Counted from the whole stretch's first letter, positions 1-13,783 are shown. The stretch is 63,965 bases of DNA, filler included, from Octopus bimaculoides (GCF_001194135.2; 7 parts of 7 records of this genome joined end to end with filler, not necessarily neighbours in it); one strand, 5' to 3'. A program made the numbers and translations. The notes: generated by a model not told the origin, from the letters alone.

Positions 1-307
1 ATCACTTGTCTGCGTTCATGCGGAACGGCATTAAGTGTTTTCGCCTCTGGCATTAGGAGCGGGAAGTCGGCCTCGTTGAAAACCTTAGCCATATTCGTTT
101 TAAAGAATATGGCTAGGAACGAGGAAGATATGTTTGAATTTTTGGAAATAAGGCTCTAAATAGAGCTATTTCCGATTTGAAAAGTATATGTTCACGAAGT
201 ATTTTGTGTTATACACAACTTATACAAAATTTTAAAACAAAATAGGTCTTTTAAGAGGTGAAAAATGCAACTTACATGGGAGCCGATGTGTCTACCGTCC
301 GTCCATG

Positions 308-309
308 AT

Positions 310-372
<63 letters not shown>
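308..372. repeat. (GATA)n microsatellite, representative of dozens of (TA)n, (CA)n, (TACA)n, (GATA)n, (CAT)n and (TAA)n tracts
   Basis: Direct reading of the sequence. Confidence 0.95.
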
Positions 373-555
373 CGGAATGAGTCGTTAAAGCACCGGATAA
401 TTCACGATGTGGTACTCGTTCCCTCTAATCTGTTCACCGAGTTAAAATTCCACCGAAGTCAACTTCGGCTTTCCTTATTTCGGCTTCAATAAATGAAGTA
501 ACCAACGTGTACAGGGATCGTTCATTCTCTTCTCGACTGGTTTTTGTCTGTCTCT

Positions 556-693
556 AAGTTCTGAGTTCAAATTCCGCCGAGGTCGACTTTGCTTTCAGGA
601 TCGATAAATTAAGTACCAGTTGCGTACTTGGGTCGATCTAATCGACTGACCCCCTCCCCCAAAATTTCGGGCCTTGTGCCTAGAGTAGAAAAG
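556..693 (+). mobile_element. SINE family A, 5'-truncated
   Basis: B-box-like GAGTTCAAATTCC, then GATCGATAAATTAAGTACCAG (Nin/Deu-like central domain), then the family tail CCTTGTGCCTAGAGTAGAAAAG. An older copy lies at about 378-505. Confidence 0.8.
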
Positions 694-915
694 AGTCTCT
701 TCTTGACTAGTTCTGTCTGCCTGTCTCTGTTTGTTTCCCTGTCTGTCTACCTGTCTATCTGTCTACCTGTCTACCTGTCTACCTGTGTCTATCTACCTGT
801 CTGTCTGTCTGCCTGTCTGCCTGCCTGTCTGTCTGCCTGTCTGTTTGTCTATCTGTCTGTCTGTCTGTCTGTCTCTTCAGTTCTCTTTTTACTCCTGCTC
901 TCTCTTACTCATTCG

Positions 916-946
<31 letters not shown>

Positions 947-2377
947 TTCATCTCTCTCTCGGCTATGGTTTGACCTGGAGAACAGTGGATTCCGCATTGT
1001 TTAAAAATGGCATAGATTAGGTATCAGAAAGGTCGCTATAGGGAATCTACCTAAATTTGAGAGCCAACCCAAAGTAAGGCACACATATACATACAATATA
1101 TACAGACGCATACATATACATACATGCATACATACATACATACAACATATATACATACATACATACATACTTACATACATACATACATATACATATATAT
1201 GTATACATACATATATATACACACACATAAGCACATCATATATACTTACACACATGCAGTTATAATTATACCAAATCGTACACAGGAGATAAGAAAATTC
1301 TCATACATCTACATATATAGTAAACATATAGTTACACCAAAAATACTACTGTTTACATGGAAACACAAATCACTGTGAAGTAGCGAATTTCCTAATGAAC
1401 ACAATGAAATTTTGCACACACACACCTTACTCACACCCACTCACACATACACACACACACACACACAATATATATATATATATATANNNNNNNNNNNNNN
1501 NNNNNNNNNNNNNNNNNNNNNNNNNNNNNNNNNNNNNNNNNNNNNNNNNNNNNNNNNNNNNNNNNNNNNNNNNNNNNNNNNNNNNNNNNNNNNNNNNNNN
1601 NNNNNNNNNNNNNNNNNNNNNNNNNNNNNNNNNNNNNNNNNNNNNNNNNNNNNNNNNNNNNNNNNNNNNNNNNNNNNNNNNNNNNNNNNNNNNNNNNNNN
1701 NNNNNNNNNNNNNNNNNNNNNNNNNNNNNNNNNNNNNNNNNNNNNNNNNNNNNNNNNNNNNNNNNNNNNNNNNNNNNNNNNNNNNNNNNNNNNNNNNNNN
1801 NNNNNNNNNNNNNNNNNNNNNNNNNNNNNNNNNNNNNNNNNNNNNNNNNNNNNNNNNNNNNNNNNNNNNNNNNNNNNNNNNNNNNNNNNNNNNNNNNNNN
1901 NNNNNNNNNNNNNNNNNNNNNNNNNNNNNNNNNNNNNNNNNNNNNNNNNNNNNNNNNNNNNNNNNNNNNNNNNNNNNNNNNNNNNNNNNNNNNNNNNNNN
2001 NNNNNNNNNNNNNNNNNNNNNNNNNNNNNNNNNNNNNNNNNNNNNNNNNNNNNNNNNNNNNNNNNNNNNNNNNNNNNNNNNNNNNNNNNNNNNNNNNNNN
2101 NNNNNNNNNNNNNNNNNNNNNNNNNNNNNNNNNNNNNNNNNNNNNNNNNNNNNNNNNNNNNNNNNNNNNNNNNNNNNNNNNNNNNNNNNNNNNNNNNNNN
2201 NNNNNNNNNNNNNNNNNNNNNNNNNNNNNNNNNNNNNNNNNNNNNNNNNNNNNNNNNNNNNNNNNNNNNNNNNNNNNNNNNNNNNNNNNNNNNNNNNNNN
2301 NNNNNNNNNNNNNTGGGAGAATATACAAATAATAACAACAGACGAGGACAGGTGGTGTAAATAACAAAAGTATATAT

Positions 2378-2439
<62 letters not shown>

Positions 2440-3774
2440 GTGTGTGTACATGTGTGTAAGTTTATATGTATCTAGGTATATATGTATGTCGGTTTATATG
2501 TATGTATAAGTGTTTGCGCGTGTGAAGAACAATAAAATCAATACCAGATGTTAGATTAAAAAAAGAGAATTCAAACTATTTAAATACGCACTGGCAACAA
2601 ACTTAATGTTCATTTATTTATTTATTTATTTACTTATTTATTTGCTTATTTATTTATTAGAACTTGATAAATAATTGCTGTTGATGTCAAGACTTTGGCC
2701 TGAAGGCATCGTGAATTAACAGACCGTCCGCTGGTCTCACACCATACTGTCTTAGTGTGGTAATATTCTCACCACCAGCGATTATAAGACAACCGAAGCA
2801 CATTCCATATACATCGAATTTTCGGTGAGTCAACATGGAACAATCTATGTGACTACCGCCTTAAAAATTGAAGGACACATTGGATAATGTAGTCCTAGGT
2901 ATTCTATGCTAGGATAGGGTGCTCACTGATTGAGTGGTTTTGATTATACTTCAATTGTAGCAACCACGAATTCGTGTTACTGCTGTTGTTGTTGTTTTTG
3001 TTATTGCTGTTATTCCTACTATTGTTTTGTTTATAAGTCATTCTCGAACAAGCAAACCTATTGCACATAAATATGCATTGAGAGTCATCATCTATTTCTG
3101 CAGATATTCCATGCTTCCACCTTACTATTGACCCTAACGCACAACACTAAATGCACTTTGATGCATGGGGTACAGTCTTCTGCAGACTAGCAAGCATTTT
3201 GCGAAGATTTTATTACTATATCGGCTTATGCATCTCGACTACTTCTAGTTTAATTCGATTAGTGAAGTCATCAGTTGCAGACTTAGGTTCTGATATTCTA
3301 TGTAATCTAAAGATTTTTTTCCGTGGTACTAATCTTGAAAGTAATGTTTAAGAATCTCCAATGGAAAAAAAAATGTTTGTAAATCGAATAAATGTGATCA
3401 GAACTATCCAAACTGAGGAATGTTTTAATTAAGGTGAATGTAAAACATATGGATCCCTCTAAATATATCCTGGATGATGTTAAATTCTATCCAAATTTTA
3501 AATGCTAATTAGTGACACGATACTGCTCAACGGCAGTTCTATAATACAACATATGTTCAAGTAAATGGTAAAAAAGATAAGGTTATGGCATTATACTTCA
3601 TCCCACCTAAGGGTCTGTAATTGATCGGAAGTGTTCTGAAAATGTTTAGTAAGAAACAGAAATAGAGATATTTGTTGTCGTGGCTGATGGTTTCTGCAAG
3701 AGAGAATTTCTCGGAAGAATAGCTAATGGGGCGTAATTAAGTTTATAGTTATCCAAATAAGGCTAGGTAAATGG

Positions 3775-3945
3775 ATCTTTGTCGGTTTCGACGATGAAGA
3801 TTCAGTTGTTTGATCGAGTGAATTTAACTGCTCACTAAATTAGTGTGGCAATAGGCAAACATTCGACAAACACATTGCTCTTAAAGTAATTCTCAGCGTG
3901 ACATAGTCTGTGACAAAGATGTTACCTTTGAATTGCAGTTGCAAA
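3775..3945 (-). mobile_element. SINE family D, degenerate 3' part
   Basis: Similar to the family D copy at 50306-50490. Confidence 0.5.
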
Positions 3946-4739
3946 GACCTTCTACACAGTATACGGTTACTCACTTTCAGTCATAAGATTTAGGTCGACT
4001 CGAAACAGTGCAAAAGGCACTTACCCAAGATACAATTTAAATGTGAAGAAAATGTCTATTTAGAAACTGTAAAATGCCACTAGTGTCTCTTTAGTGTAAC
4101 GTTCTTGACTTCAAATGACCTCTTAGCAATTGATTGGTGATATCGGAAGGACTGGTATGCTATGCATATTATGTACGTAACTGTATACATATAGATAGAT
4201 AGACAGACAGACTGAGAGATCTTAGTTGACTCCACTATCACCTATCAACGATTAAGGAGATCGTTTGAAGAGGAAAAGAATGTTCCACCAATGAGACAAT
4301 AAGAAAGTATCTAAGATGTATATCAACTGGTCAGAAACAACGACCAAATCTTTCTCGTATCACACTCTAACATCTCTTAAAAATGCCCGGCCAGAATGAT
4401 CAACAGAAGCCATGATTAAATTTTAAAAAATGGTATGGTGATGATCGCAATGTCCTTCAGTAATAGATCCGCTGGATCAGAGTATCACCTGAGCCTATAC
4501 AAGATTTCACGTATTTTTAAAAAACTTCTTCTATACACTTCAGTGACACACATCATGTAAATAAAACCAGTTTTATTTAAAGTAGAAAAGAATAATAATA
4601 ACATAACAATAAAGATATATTTTGATTTAAAAGTACACCTAAGCCAGTTCGCTTTTTACTGTACAGTACACGTCCGATACACATACGTTGCACTACGTAT
4701 TCTCCCACGCTTTCTTTTTCTTCTTTCTTTCTACTTTTC

Positions 4740-4796
<57 letters not shown>

Positions 4797-4986
4797 ATAT
4801 ACATATGTGTGTGTGTATACACACACATGTATATATACGTATATAAGTGCACCGTGGATATGGGAAGACCGTACCTCGAATGAGAAGTCAATACTCAATG
4901 TTAAGGGTATAGTTTGTTGTGATATAGCAAGCGACCATATGGTAGCCGACACTTTATGTATGTATGTATGTATGTATGTATGTATG

Positions 4987-5025
<39 letters not shown>

Positions 5026-5040
5026 ATGTCTATCTATATG

Positions 5041-5081
<41 letters not shown>

Positions 5082-5669
5082 GTATCTATCTATCAGTCAA
5101 TCAGTCAATCAGTCAATCAATGAATCTATTCATCTTTTTCCTCTTCTTTCTCAGTACGCTCATGCACGCGCACACACACACACACACACACACGCATACA
5201 CACACACACACAAATGTTATAGTGGCTGTTGGAAACTTCGCCCGAAGATTGGAAACGAGAAACATGAAGTGACAACTTTAGTATTCAGACTCCTGTATAT
5301 AACATGACCTACATTCAGTATTGAGTACTCCTCTTTCGTTTTGTTCACTTTCAAGTGCTCATATATGAGTGTACGCGCGCGCGCGGGGATTATATTATAT
5401 ATATCATAATATCTTCTACATATAAAACAAATGTGTATATATTAACATACTTTGCGACATTGTCATACCCGTCTGTAGGTCAGTCAGTTTATCTGTCTAC
5501 ATATATGTATACAGTTATGCATATATATGTACACAATATCGTATACCTATACATATGTGTGTGTGTGGGGGGGGTGTATGGATACAAGTATATATTTAAA
5601 TATATGTACATATACATGATATTAAATATTAACATATATACACACACTCACACATACATACATATATAA

Positions 5670-5716
<47 letters not shown>

Positions 5717-5732
5717 TATATATATATAGATT

Positions 5733-5772
<40 letters not shown>

Positions 5773-6297
5773 CACACACACACAACAGTACCTGTCTATA
5801 CAACAGTCTGTCTACCAGCTTGTCTAACAGCTTCACACGATATCAATTAGTTACAGTTTTGTTTACAATCGCTAAATTTCTTTCATATTTCAATTGAAAG
5901 CATAATATAAAATATTTTAATAAAAATAAACGAATTATTGTTGAAAATGAAAAACCTACTTTTGTTTGTGAAAACCTCCTCATAGACACATATATATATA
6001 TATGCATATACATATATATGTGTGAGTGTGTGTGTGTGTGTGCACGCACACACCTCTATACATATACAGCTATATTGTACATATGTGTGTCAATATATCT
6101 GTATGTGTGAGAGTGTCGGGGCTGGTAGTGGTGGGTATAGATAGATATAGATGTAGGTATGTATTGTATAAAATTTCACATATCCTATATACGTGAGACT
6201 TATTTATTCTGAATATATATATATTCGTACATACAGGCATATATATATATATANNNNNNNNNNNNNNNNNNNNNNNNNNNNNNNNNNNNNNNNNNNN

Positions 6298-6309
6298 TTA
6301 ATTAATTAA
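6298..6309. other. Assembly spacer TTAATTAATTAA inside a 100-bp gap
   Basis: 44 N + 12-mer + 44 N. The 12-mer has stops in all six frames. Confidence 0.95.
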
Positions 6310-6471
6310 NNNNNNNNNNNNNNNNNNNNNNNNNNNNNNNNNNNNNNNNNNNNGAAATAATATTAACAAAAAATAATAAATAAATAATTCCACCATGGCA
6401 TTTTTTGAAAGTAATTTGCTAAATAAAGCTAACAGAGTGTAAGCTTTTATGTTAGTTCTGCACAAAAAGAA

Positions 6472-6505
<34 letters not shown>

Positions 6506-6719
6506 ATGTATGTATGTATATATATATATATATCCAGTAAAAAAAATTTATAATAAATTAATGTTTTTGATACGTTTTAAAAGGTTATCTTAAAAGAATA
6601 CTTGCTAGTAATGGTAAGCTGGTGGAAAATGTCTGAAGATAAATAGAAAGAGACAAAGAGTGAAGGTGTGGAGGAAGGGTAAATTTATATATATGGTGTG
6701 TATATACTTCTAGTTGTTA

Positions 6720-6925
6720 GTAGTTGTTGTTCTTTAACCCCAAGTAAATCTCAAATGAGCCATCTTATGATCAATGGTGTTCCAGCTACGATAAATTCCA
6801 TTAATCTATTTTGATCAATGTGTCCATACTTTATTTAAAACGAGGGTGGAGTGGAGGCTGAGGTCATGTGATTTGAGGGAGATTTGGCAGCTGTTTTTAG
6901 TAGATCAAGTGACCGCATAAAGGCT
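6720..6925 (-). mobile_element. SINE-like family F with (CAA)n tail
   Basis: GATTTGAGGGAGATTTGGCAGCTGTTTTTAG and a GTTGTTGTT tail. Related pieces at about 2850-3000, 4320-4500, 8235-8370, 15120-15260, 39290-39425 and 53058-53340. Confidence 0.55.
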
Positions 6926-7127
6926 TGCTTTTTGAATCATGTGTATGTTGAATGTGTGTGTGTGTGCATGTGTGCGTGTGTCTGTGCATGTGTGTGTGTG
7001 CTATACTAGTGTATGAAAATGTGTATTCAGACTCACATACATACATATATACGTACACACACACACACAGACACACATACAGACACACACACAGGCACAC
7101 ACACAGACATACACACACACTCATACG

Positions 7128-7158
<31 letters not shown>

Positions 7159-8889
7159 GCACTCAAGCACACACATATATCCATATTTATTCTTGTCAAC
7201 TCATACTAACATGGAATACGAATGTTAAACGATGATATATATACATATACACTTATATATACACACATATATATATATATATATATATNNNNNNNNNNNN
7301 NNNNNNNNNNNNNNNNNNNNNNNNNNNNNNNNNNNNNNNNNNNNNNNNNNNNNNNNNNNNNNNNNNNNNNNNNNNNNNNNNNNNNNNNNNNNNNNNNNNN
7401 NNNNNNNNNNNNNNNNNNNNNNNNNNNNNNNNNNNNNNNNNNNNNNNNNNNNNNNNNNNNNNNNNNNNNNNNNNNNNNNNNNNNNNNNNNNNNNNNNNNN
7501 NNNNNNNNNNNNNNNNNNNNNNNNNNNNNNNNNNNNNNNNNNNNNNNNNNNNNNNNNNNNNNNNNNNNNNNNNNNNNNNNNNNNNNNNNNNNNNNNNNNN
7601 NNNNNNNNNNNNNNNNNNNNNNNNNNNNNNNNNNNNNNNNNNNCTGTATATACACACACATACATGTGTGTGTGCATGTGTGTGCATGCTTGTATGTAAG
7701 TGTGCATGTTTAAGTATGAGAAATTAATATATATATATATATATATACACAGATAAACCATCAAAAATACCAACAGAAAATTAAAGACAAAGAGCAAAAG
7801 CAAGAATCTTTGCTAATAACAAAAAAAGCAAAACAAAATCAATGGATTCACAGATGTTGCCTAATGCATTAGAAATTGTAGCCACAGGCATGGAATGAGA
7901 AACCAAGGGAAGTAATCCGAATTGACATGTAATGAATGTGTTCGTAGGCTGGCAGCAAATTGATCTTTCTGCTCTTGCATTAGTGCTGTTTCTAACTTGG
8001 TGAAGAGGAAAAAGATAATAAAACTGCATTGTCATTAGATGTTCTGTAAATGACTTTCTTTGAGTAGTTTGCTTAATGGTGTCAGTTAGAATCTTTGTAA
8101 CTGCTACTTTTGTTGTGAAGATCAATGTCTGATGACGAAGATGGCGATTATCGTTTTCTGCACCATTAATATCCCTGGCTACCACCATGGTTGCTACCAC
8201 TGCCGTTGTTGTCATCATCATTGTCATCGTCATGAGCCATTGAGAGAGCCTCTAAGCAGTTACTCAATCTGCTAGAAATAACAACCAAATTCCATCAAAC
8301 TACATCCTGAGGGCTTAAAACAAGAAGGCCAGAGCTGGATAACGCAGTCCTAAATTTATGAAAAGGACATGACCTTCTCTTCTGTTTTAATTCTTTTCAC
8401 ATCTGTGATCGTTTATAAGAAGGAAGGGTTATTAAATTGACCCCAGTACTTGATTAATGGAGGTGCATGGCTTAGTGGTTAGGGTGTTGAACTCACAATT
8501 GTAAGATTGTGGTTTCGATTCCTGGACCAGGTGATGTGTTGTGTCCTTAGCTGATAAAAATGAATAATCCTATCACTGACCGACGCCCTGTCCAAGGTAA
8601 AATATGTGCATCAGAGAAACCATTAAAAACCGGCCCGATGCTCCTTATGGAGTAATGTGGACTAATCCCGTTTTGATTTGCACTTTATTATAATGGCCCC
8701 AGAATGATGGGAGGCTAAGATGACTTTGACAAGATTTGAGCTCAGAATATAAAAGACCATGGACTGCCAGATGCTGTAAAAACTACTCTTATGATAAAGG
8801 GTGAAATATTTTTAATCCTGGTTTTACTCCATAAGGACTGACCAGGGGATAAACAACAACAACAGTAGCAACAACAATAACTAACCTCC

Positions 8890-9060
8890 TCCTCCTCCTC
8901 CTCCTTCAATGCCTATTTTCCATGCTGGCATGGGTTGGATAGTTTGACAGAAGCTGGCAACCTAGAGGGCTGCACCAGGACCCAGTCGTCTGTTTTGGCA
9001 TTGTTTATATGGCGGGATACCCTTCCAAACACCAGCCACTTTATAGAGTGGCTTAACTGC
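8890..9060 (-). mobile_element. SINE family C, 3' part
   Basis: TTTTCCATGCTGGCATGGGTTGGA and GGATACCCTTCCAAACACCAGCCACT match the family C tail. Confidence 0.7.
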
Positions 9061-9488
9061 AAAAGATTTGATAGTCATTTATCCAAAATTCTGATATCTG
9101 ACGTCTTCTCTCATGGGAATATTTTTCAGAGTGGAGAAGTACTGCAAACGGAAAATTCCAGAAAATGTTTAGAATGTTCTATGGAAAGATACAGATGTTG
9201 TGAATCTTATATTGATCTGTCCAACTGTTGGAAGTAATGCCACCTGCCCTAAGGTGGGTGAAAGTGAATCAGAAAATTTGCTTTGTAAAAAGTGAAACTG
9301 AAATGAATGTTTGAAACTGCTACATGTTTGAAATTGGATCAGCATTGAATTATATAAAACTACCTTCATAGTAAATTATAAGCTGTATGATTCTTTTACT
9401 TGCTGAATTTGAAGGAAGGGATAGAGACTTATGAACCTTCTAGTCACTCCATCCTCGTGAAGATGGTGAGATTAATGCTCTTAATGGC

Positions 9489-9717
9489 CCCTTTAGCATT
9501 CAAATCAGCCGTATCAGACCCAAATATTCCACTCATTTTGTATTCAAACTGGTTAGATTCAACCTTTCCCATCTCCTCAACAGTGTCATTCTTAATAAAC
9601 AATCACATCATCGATATCTTGAAGCTATGAGATAATGCTTGATTAATTCAAAGCAATGTGGTTAAATAAACATTTCATAATCATTACATTTGACAGAGTA
9701 ATTTAGATGCTAAAGTG
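9489..9717. mobile_element. Putative piggyBac-type MITE
   Basis: Ends CCCTTTAGCATT / GATGCTAAAGTG with TTAA on the right. A second copy lies at 14915-15105. CCC ends with a TTAA target are typical of piggyBac. Confidence 0.6.
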
Positions 9718-10019
9718 TTAAACTGCTTCAGGTTAAGATCTACAGAAACAACACAAGTGGGGAGGAGATTTGAAATGGGGGATATTCTGGGGAAGAAGGA
9801 TTGGACATAATGTTTAATGCAGGTAAATTGGAGTTGGCCATGCCAGAGGTGATGAGAGGTAGAGAGGCATTGGTGAATTTCAGGAAGTATGGAATTTTTA
9901 AAGAATGCAGTTTCATGACAGCTAACAACTGATGCAGGTAATTTATTCCCTATTTCGATGATCCCATTCCCTACAAAATTTCAAGCCTTGTTCCTATAGA
10001 AGACACGATTATGCAACTG

Positions 10020-10190
10020 TGACCCATGTTGTTGGCATGTAAAAGCACCCATTACACTCTCGGAGTGGTTGGAGTTAGGGAGGGCATCAAGCCGTAGAAA
10101 TCACACCAAATCAGACTGGAGTCTGGTGCAGCGCCTCAGCTTACCGGCTCTGGTCAAACCACCCAACCCATGCCAACACGAACAATTTTT
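10020..10190 (+). mobile_element. SINE family C, 3' part
   Basis: GTAAAAGCACCCATTACACTCTCGGAGTGGTTGG...AGGGCATC...CCAACCCATGCCAAC. Confidence 0.75.
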
Positions 10191-10402
10191 ATCCCTTCTT
10201 ATTTTGAACTTGACAAAGACAGACATACTGTTGAAATATCATTCAACTAGTAAAATATCTTACAAATAGCGGTGCCCCAGCATGGCCACAGCTCATGAGC
10301 TGAAACTAGATAAAATGAAAAACATGAAAAAAAAGATCGAATCATGCTCTTCGTCTTGACTGTTTACCTTTGTGAAGAGTTATGTCGATCCTTTTTAAAA
10401 TA

Positions 10403-10453
<51 letters not shown>

Positions 10454-10456
<3 letters not shown>

Positions 10457-10795
10457 GGTGGCAAGTTCAAATTCCGCCAAGGTCAACTTTGCTTTCATTC
10501 TTTTGGGGTCGATAAAATAAGTACCAGTGAAACACTGGTACATCATTTAATGACAACAGATATTAAATGATGATGATGATGATTATCATTATTGTTAATG
10601 ACCATTAGCATGCTGGACAGAATGCTTACCAGTATTTTGTCCGTAGCTACGTTCTGAGTTCAAATTCTGCTGAGCTTGACTTTGCTTTTCATCCTTTCAG
10701 GGCCGCTAAATTAAGTACCAGTGATACACTGATGTCAAAGTAACTGACTGGTTCTCTCCCCAAAAATTTCAGGCCTTGTACCTTTAGTAGAAAGG

Positions 10796-10826
<31 letters not shown>

Positions 10827-11042
10827 GTAACGTGGCAAGCTGGCAGAATCATTAACACATCATTAACACATCATTAACACATCAGGATAAATGCTTAGCA
10901 GCATTTCATCCTGAGTTCAAATTCTGCCGAGGTCAACTTTGTCTTTCATCCTTTCAGGCTTGATAAATTAATTACCAGTGAAACACTGGGGTCAACATAA
11001 TCGATCTAGCCCCTGCTCCGAAATTGCTGGCCTTGTGCCAAA

Positions 11043-11045
<3 letters not shown>
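10454..11045 (+). mobile_element. Three head-to-tail family A SINEs separated by (TAT)n
   Basis: Repeated (GA)GTTCAAATT / GATAAA..AAGTACCAGTGA at about 10454-10538, 10605-10797 and 10826-11045. Confidence 0.8.
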
Positions 11046-11083
<38 letters not shown>

Positions 11084-11100
11084 GATTATTATTATTATTA

Positions 11101-11420
11101 AGTGAGAAAGCAGTGCATGCCATCAAAGTGACACTGGGGTAAAATATACGAAGCCCAATATACCTATCATGACCACCTGTCTGATAAGGGTACACCAGGC
11201 ACATATACATCACAACCATATGTACGCGACACTGTGATATCATATCAAGATAAACAGTGCATGACCTTGCAGGTGGGGCCCAGTTAGAATTTTCTTCAGG
11301 TCGAATGTCCTATCCTGCTCAAAAGGTCCCTGAATAAGGTTCGTTTAAGGTTTGTTGAGCAAAACAGCCATGTTTCCAAAGGTGAATTATTCAAACCCTA
11401 AAGAATTCCTCTCAACACAT
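11101..11420 (-). mobile_element. Unclassified (TAA)n-tailed retroposon, copy 1
   Basis: About 300 bp similar to 30911-31200, same orientation, ending in (TAA)n on the minus strand. Confidence 0.75.
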
Positions 11421-11744
11421 GGGGGTCTCGGCTGGTGGAGATGTTCTTGGTGGTTGGTGAAGGCAGTTGTAGTAGTATAAAGACAATATAACTCTAGTAG
11501 TCATGGCTAAAAATGTTAGTAGTTCTTCATTCTGTACAACAGGTGTGCTTTCAGCAGAGTTGATCCATGGGTTGCCCTACCCCCACCTCCCTCCATTATG
11601 AAACAATATGCATCATTACCAACCAATAATATAATGGATATCACCGACGAATATTTGCCACCACTATCATCATCACCACCACCACCAACAACACTTACAA
11701 TGCCCATCACCATCATTATAGTCGTAATTATCACCACCATCACT

Positions 11745-11745
11745 C

Positions 11746-11784
<39 letters not shown>

Positions 11785-12062
11785 GGTGGTGATGGTGCCA
11801 GCAGCGGTGGAGGTAGTAGTTGTAGCTGCAGTGGTAGTAATAGTGGTGGCAGTGGTGGTGGTGGTGGTGGCGGTGGTAGTGGTGGCAGCAGTGATGGTGT
11901 TAGTAGTAGTAGTAGTAATTAGACCCTACATTCATCAACCTTTTTCATTACTGTACTTGTTTCTCACTCACCATCACCATCAACAGCAGCACCACCACCA
12001 TCACCACCACCACCAGCAGCAGCACCACCAGCACCACCACTACTACCACCACCACCACCACT
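11745..12062. repeat. (AGT)/(GGT)/(CAC) trinucleotide low-complexity tract
   Basis: Explains ORF 11774-12112. Confidence 0.9.
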
Positions 12063-12789
12063 TTCCTTCATTAGCATGTCTTTTGTATTCTCGCTACCAT
12101 TTTCATTATTAGCCTAACAGTCATGGTAATCCTACTTTTACTAATAACAAGTAGTGTCTGTGTACTTTCTCTTTTCCTCACACTAACAAATGAAGACATT
12201 CATTTATTCATTTATTTATTTATTTGGGCAAAATATTGAGATGAATGTCCAGACATTATGAAGAAAAATAGACGTGATTAATGCAAAAATTCTAATAGAG
12301 AGATATGTTTTGTTTTTGTTGGTCTTCAGATTAATTTATTATTCCCTGGAGTATAACTTTATAATCTTTATCCAGTTTTATTTCATATACTATCCATCAT
12401 AGCTGGGATACTTTCTCCAGCATAGCTAGAAAGGAATAAATATCCCATTATTCATTTGGTCACAGGAGCACTATTTGAAGAGTTAGTCGTAATGTGAAAT
12501 TTTTGAGTTTTTGAATAAGTTCTTATGTTGTTAAGAGAAATGGATTCTGCTGATTGGGAAATGACCCTTCATCTGAAAGCGATAACAAAAAACTTTCAAC
12601 CAAATTTTTTTCCATTTGTCACTGCAACCCTACTGAAAACTCCATCAACATCCAAGGATGTTTTTCTCTCTGAGATAAAGGAAAAATCTCAAAACAACAG
12701 ATTCTTTTCTTTTCTCCCCTTAGAACAGAAAAATTTACAAACTCATGAATTTCACTGGTTAATTAATAGTGACACAGCAGACCAAATTT

Positions 12790-12950
12790 AGCTGTGTAGT
12801 TAAGATTGACAGTTTCATAGCAATGTGATTTTGGGTTCAGTCCGATTAAATGGTACCTTGGGCAATTGTCTTCTGCTATAGCCCTAGGCTAACCAAAACC
12901 TTGTGAGTAAATTTAGTGAGCAAAATCTTTAAAGATGCCCATCATATATA
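12790..12950 (+). mobile_element. SINE family B, degenerate 5' half
   Basis: GCTGTGTAGTTAAG...GGGTTCAGTCC...GGTACCTTGGGCAATTGTCTTCTGCTATAGCC. Confidence 0.7.
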
Positions 12951-13376
12951 TATATATATATATATAATACATTAAAAGTGAGCTTGAATCTTGCTTGCTT
13001 GCTTGCAATGTTACCCAGTCAAATTGGCACATAATAGGAAAATACTATGAATTAATTGTCCCCTGAAATGTGAATACAAACAGAATAAAACAAGTTTTGT
13101 GTAAATTGGACAACTCCTTATTGAGATATTAGGGGATTTTGGGGTATAAATAACCCAAACAGAACATAATGAGAAAATTCTCCAAAAATAACTTAACCCT
13201 GAGAGGGAAGAAGCTCTTATCTTTTGGTTAAACACAGTGACTTGACAACGAAAAAATATAATTTGTTTTTTACAGTAAATGTTTCTATTTTTGCTTTTGT
13301 TAACACAATATTCTAAACACTCTCTAAAGCATGGAGCAGTTATGTATTCATAAGTAGTTAAGTCTATGTCCAGTCA

Positions 13377-13440
13377 TAGAGTGACCAATGGTTTCACATC
13401 CACAAAGGCCTTAGCCCCATGAATGTCTCATCAGATTCTA
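13377..13440 (-). ncRNA. Type I hammerhead ribozyme, minimal Penelope type, solo
   Basis: Minus strand: TAGAAT-CTGATGA-G-ACATTCAT GGGGC TAAG GCCTTT GTGGATGT-GAA-ACCA T TGGT-C-ACTCTA. The core is intact, stem II is long, stem III is palindromic and the cleavage triplet is GUC. Stem I has one A-C mismatch. Confidence 0.75.
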
Positions 13441-13527
13441 AAGCCAAAGAAAAATGTAATGTATTTTAATTTTATACATATATGTAATTTTATATATACA
13501 TAAAAAATACATGTAATTTTACATATA

Positions 13528-13564
<37 letters not shown>

Positions 13565-13719
13565 NNNNNNNNNNNNNNNNNNNNNNNNNNNNNNNNNNNN
13601 NNNNNNNNNNNNNNNNNNNNNNNNNNNNNNNNNNNNNNNNNNNNNNNNNNNNNNNNNNNNNNCTCTCTAAAGCATGGAGCAGTTATGTATTCATAAGTAG
13701 TTAAGTCTATGTCCAGTCA

Positions 13720-13783
13720 TAGAGTGACCAATGGTTTCACATCCACAAAGGCCTTAGCCCCATGAATGTCTCATCAGATTCTA
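13720..13783 (-). ncRNA. Identical second copy of the solo hammerhead (probably an assembly duplicate)
   Basis: Lies inside 13663-13852, which is identical to 13320-13509 across an N gap. Confidence 0.5.

Noticed and set aside
5235-5275. CCCGAAGA...GAAAC hammerhead-like spacing
   Set aside because: The core U is replaced, stem II has a mismatch and there is no NUH triplet.
8455-8545. tRNA gene (also the heads at 15758, 16066 and 28866)
   Set aside because: A/B boxes are present but there is no full cloverleaf, and each runs into a SINE body.
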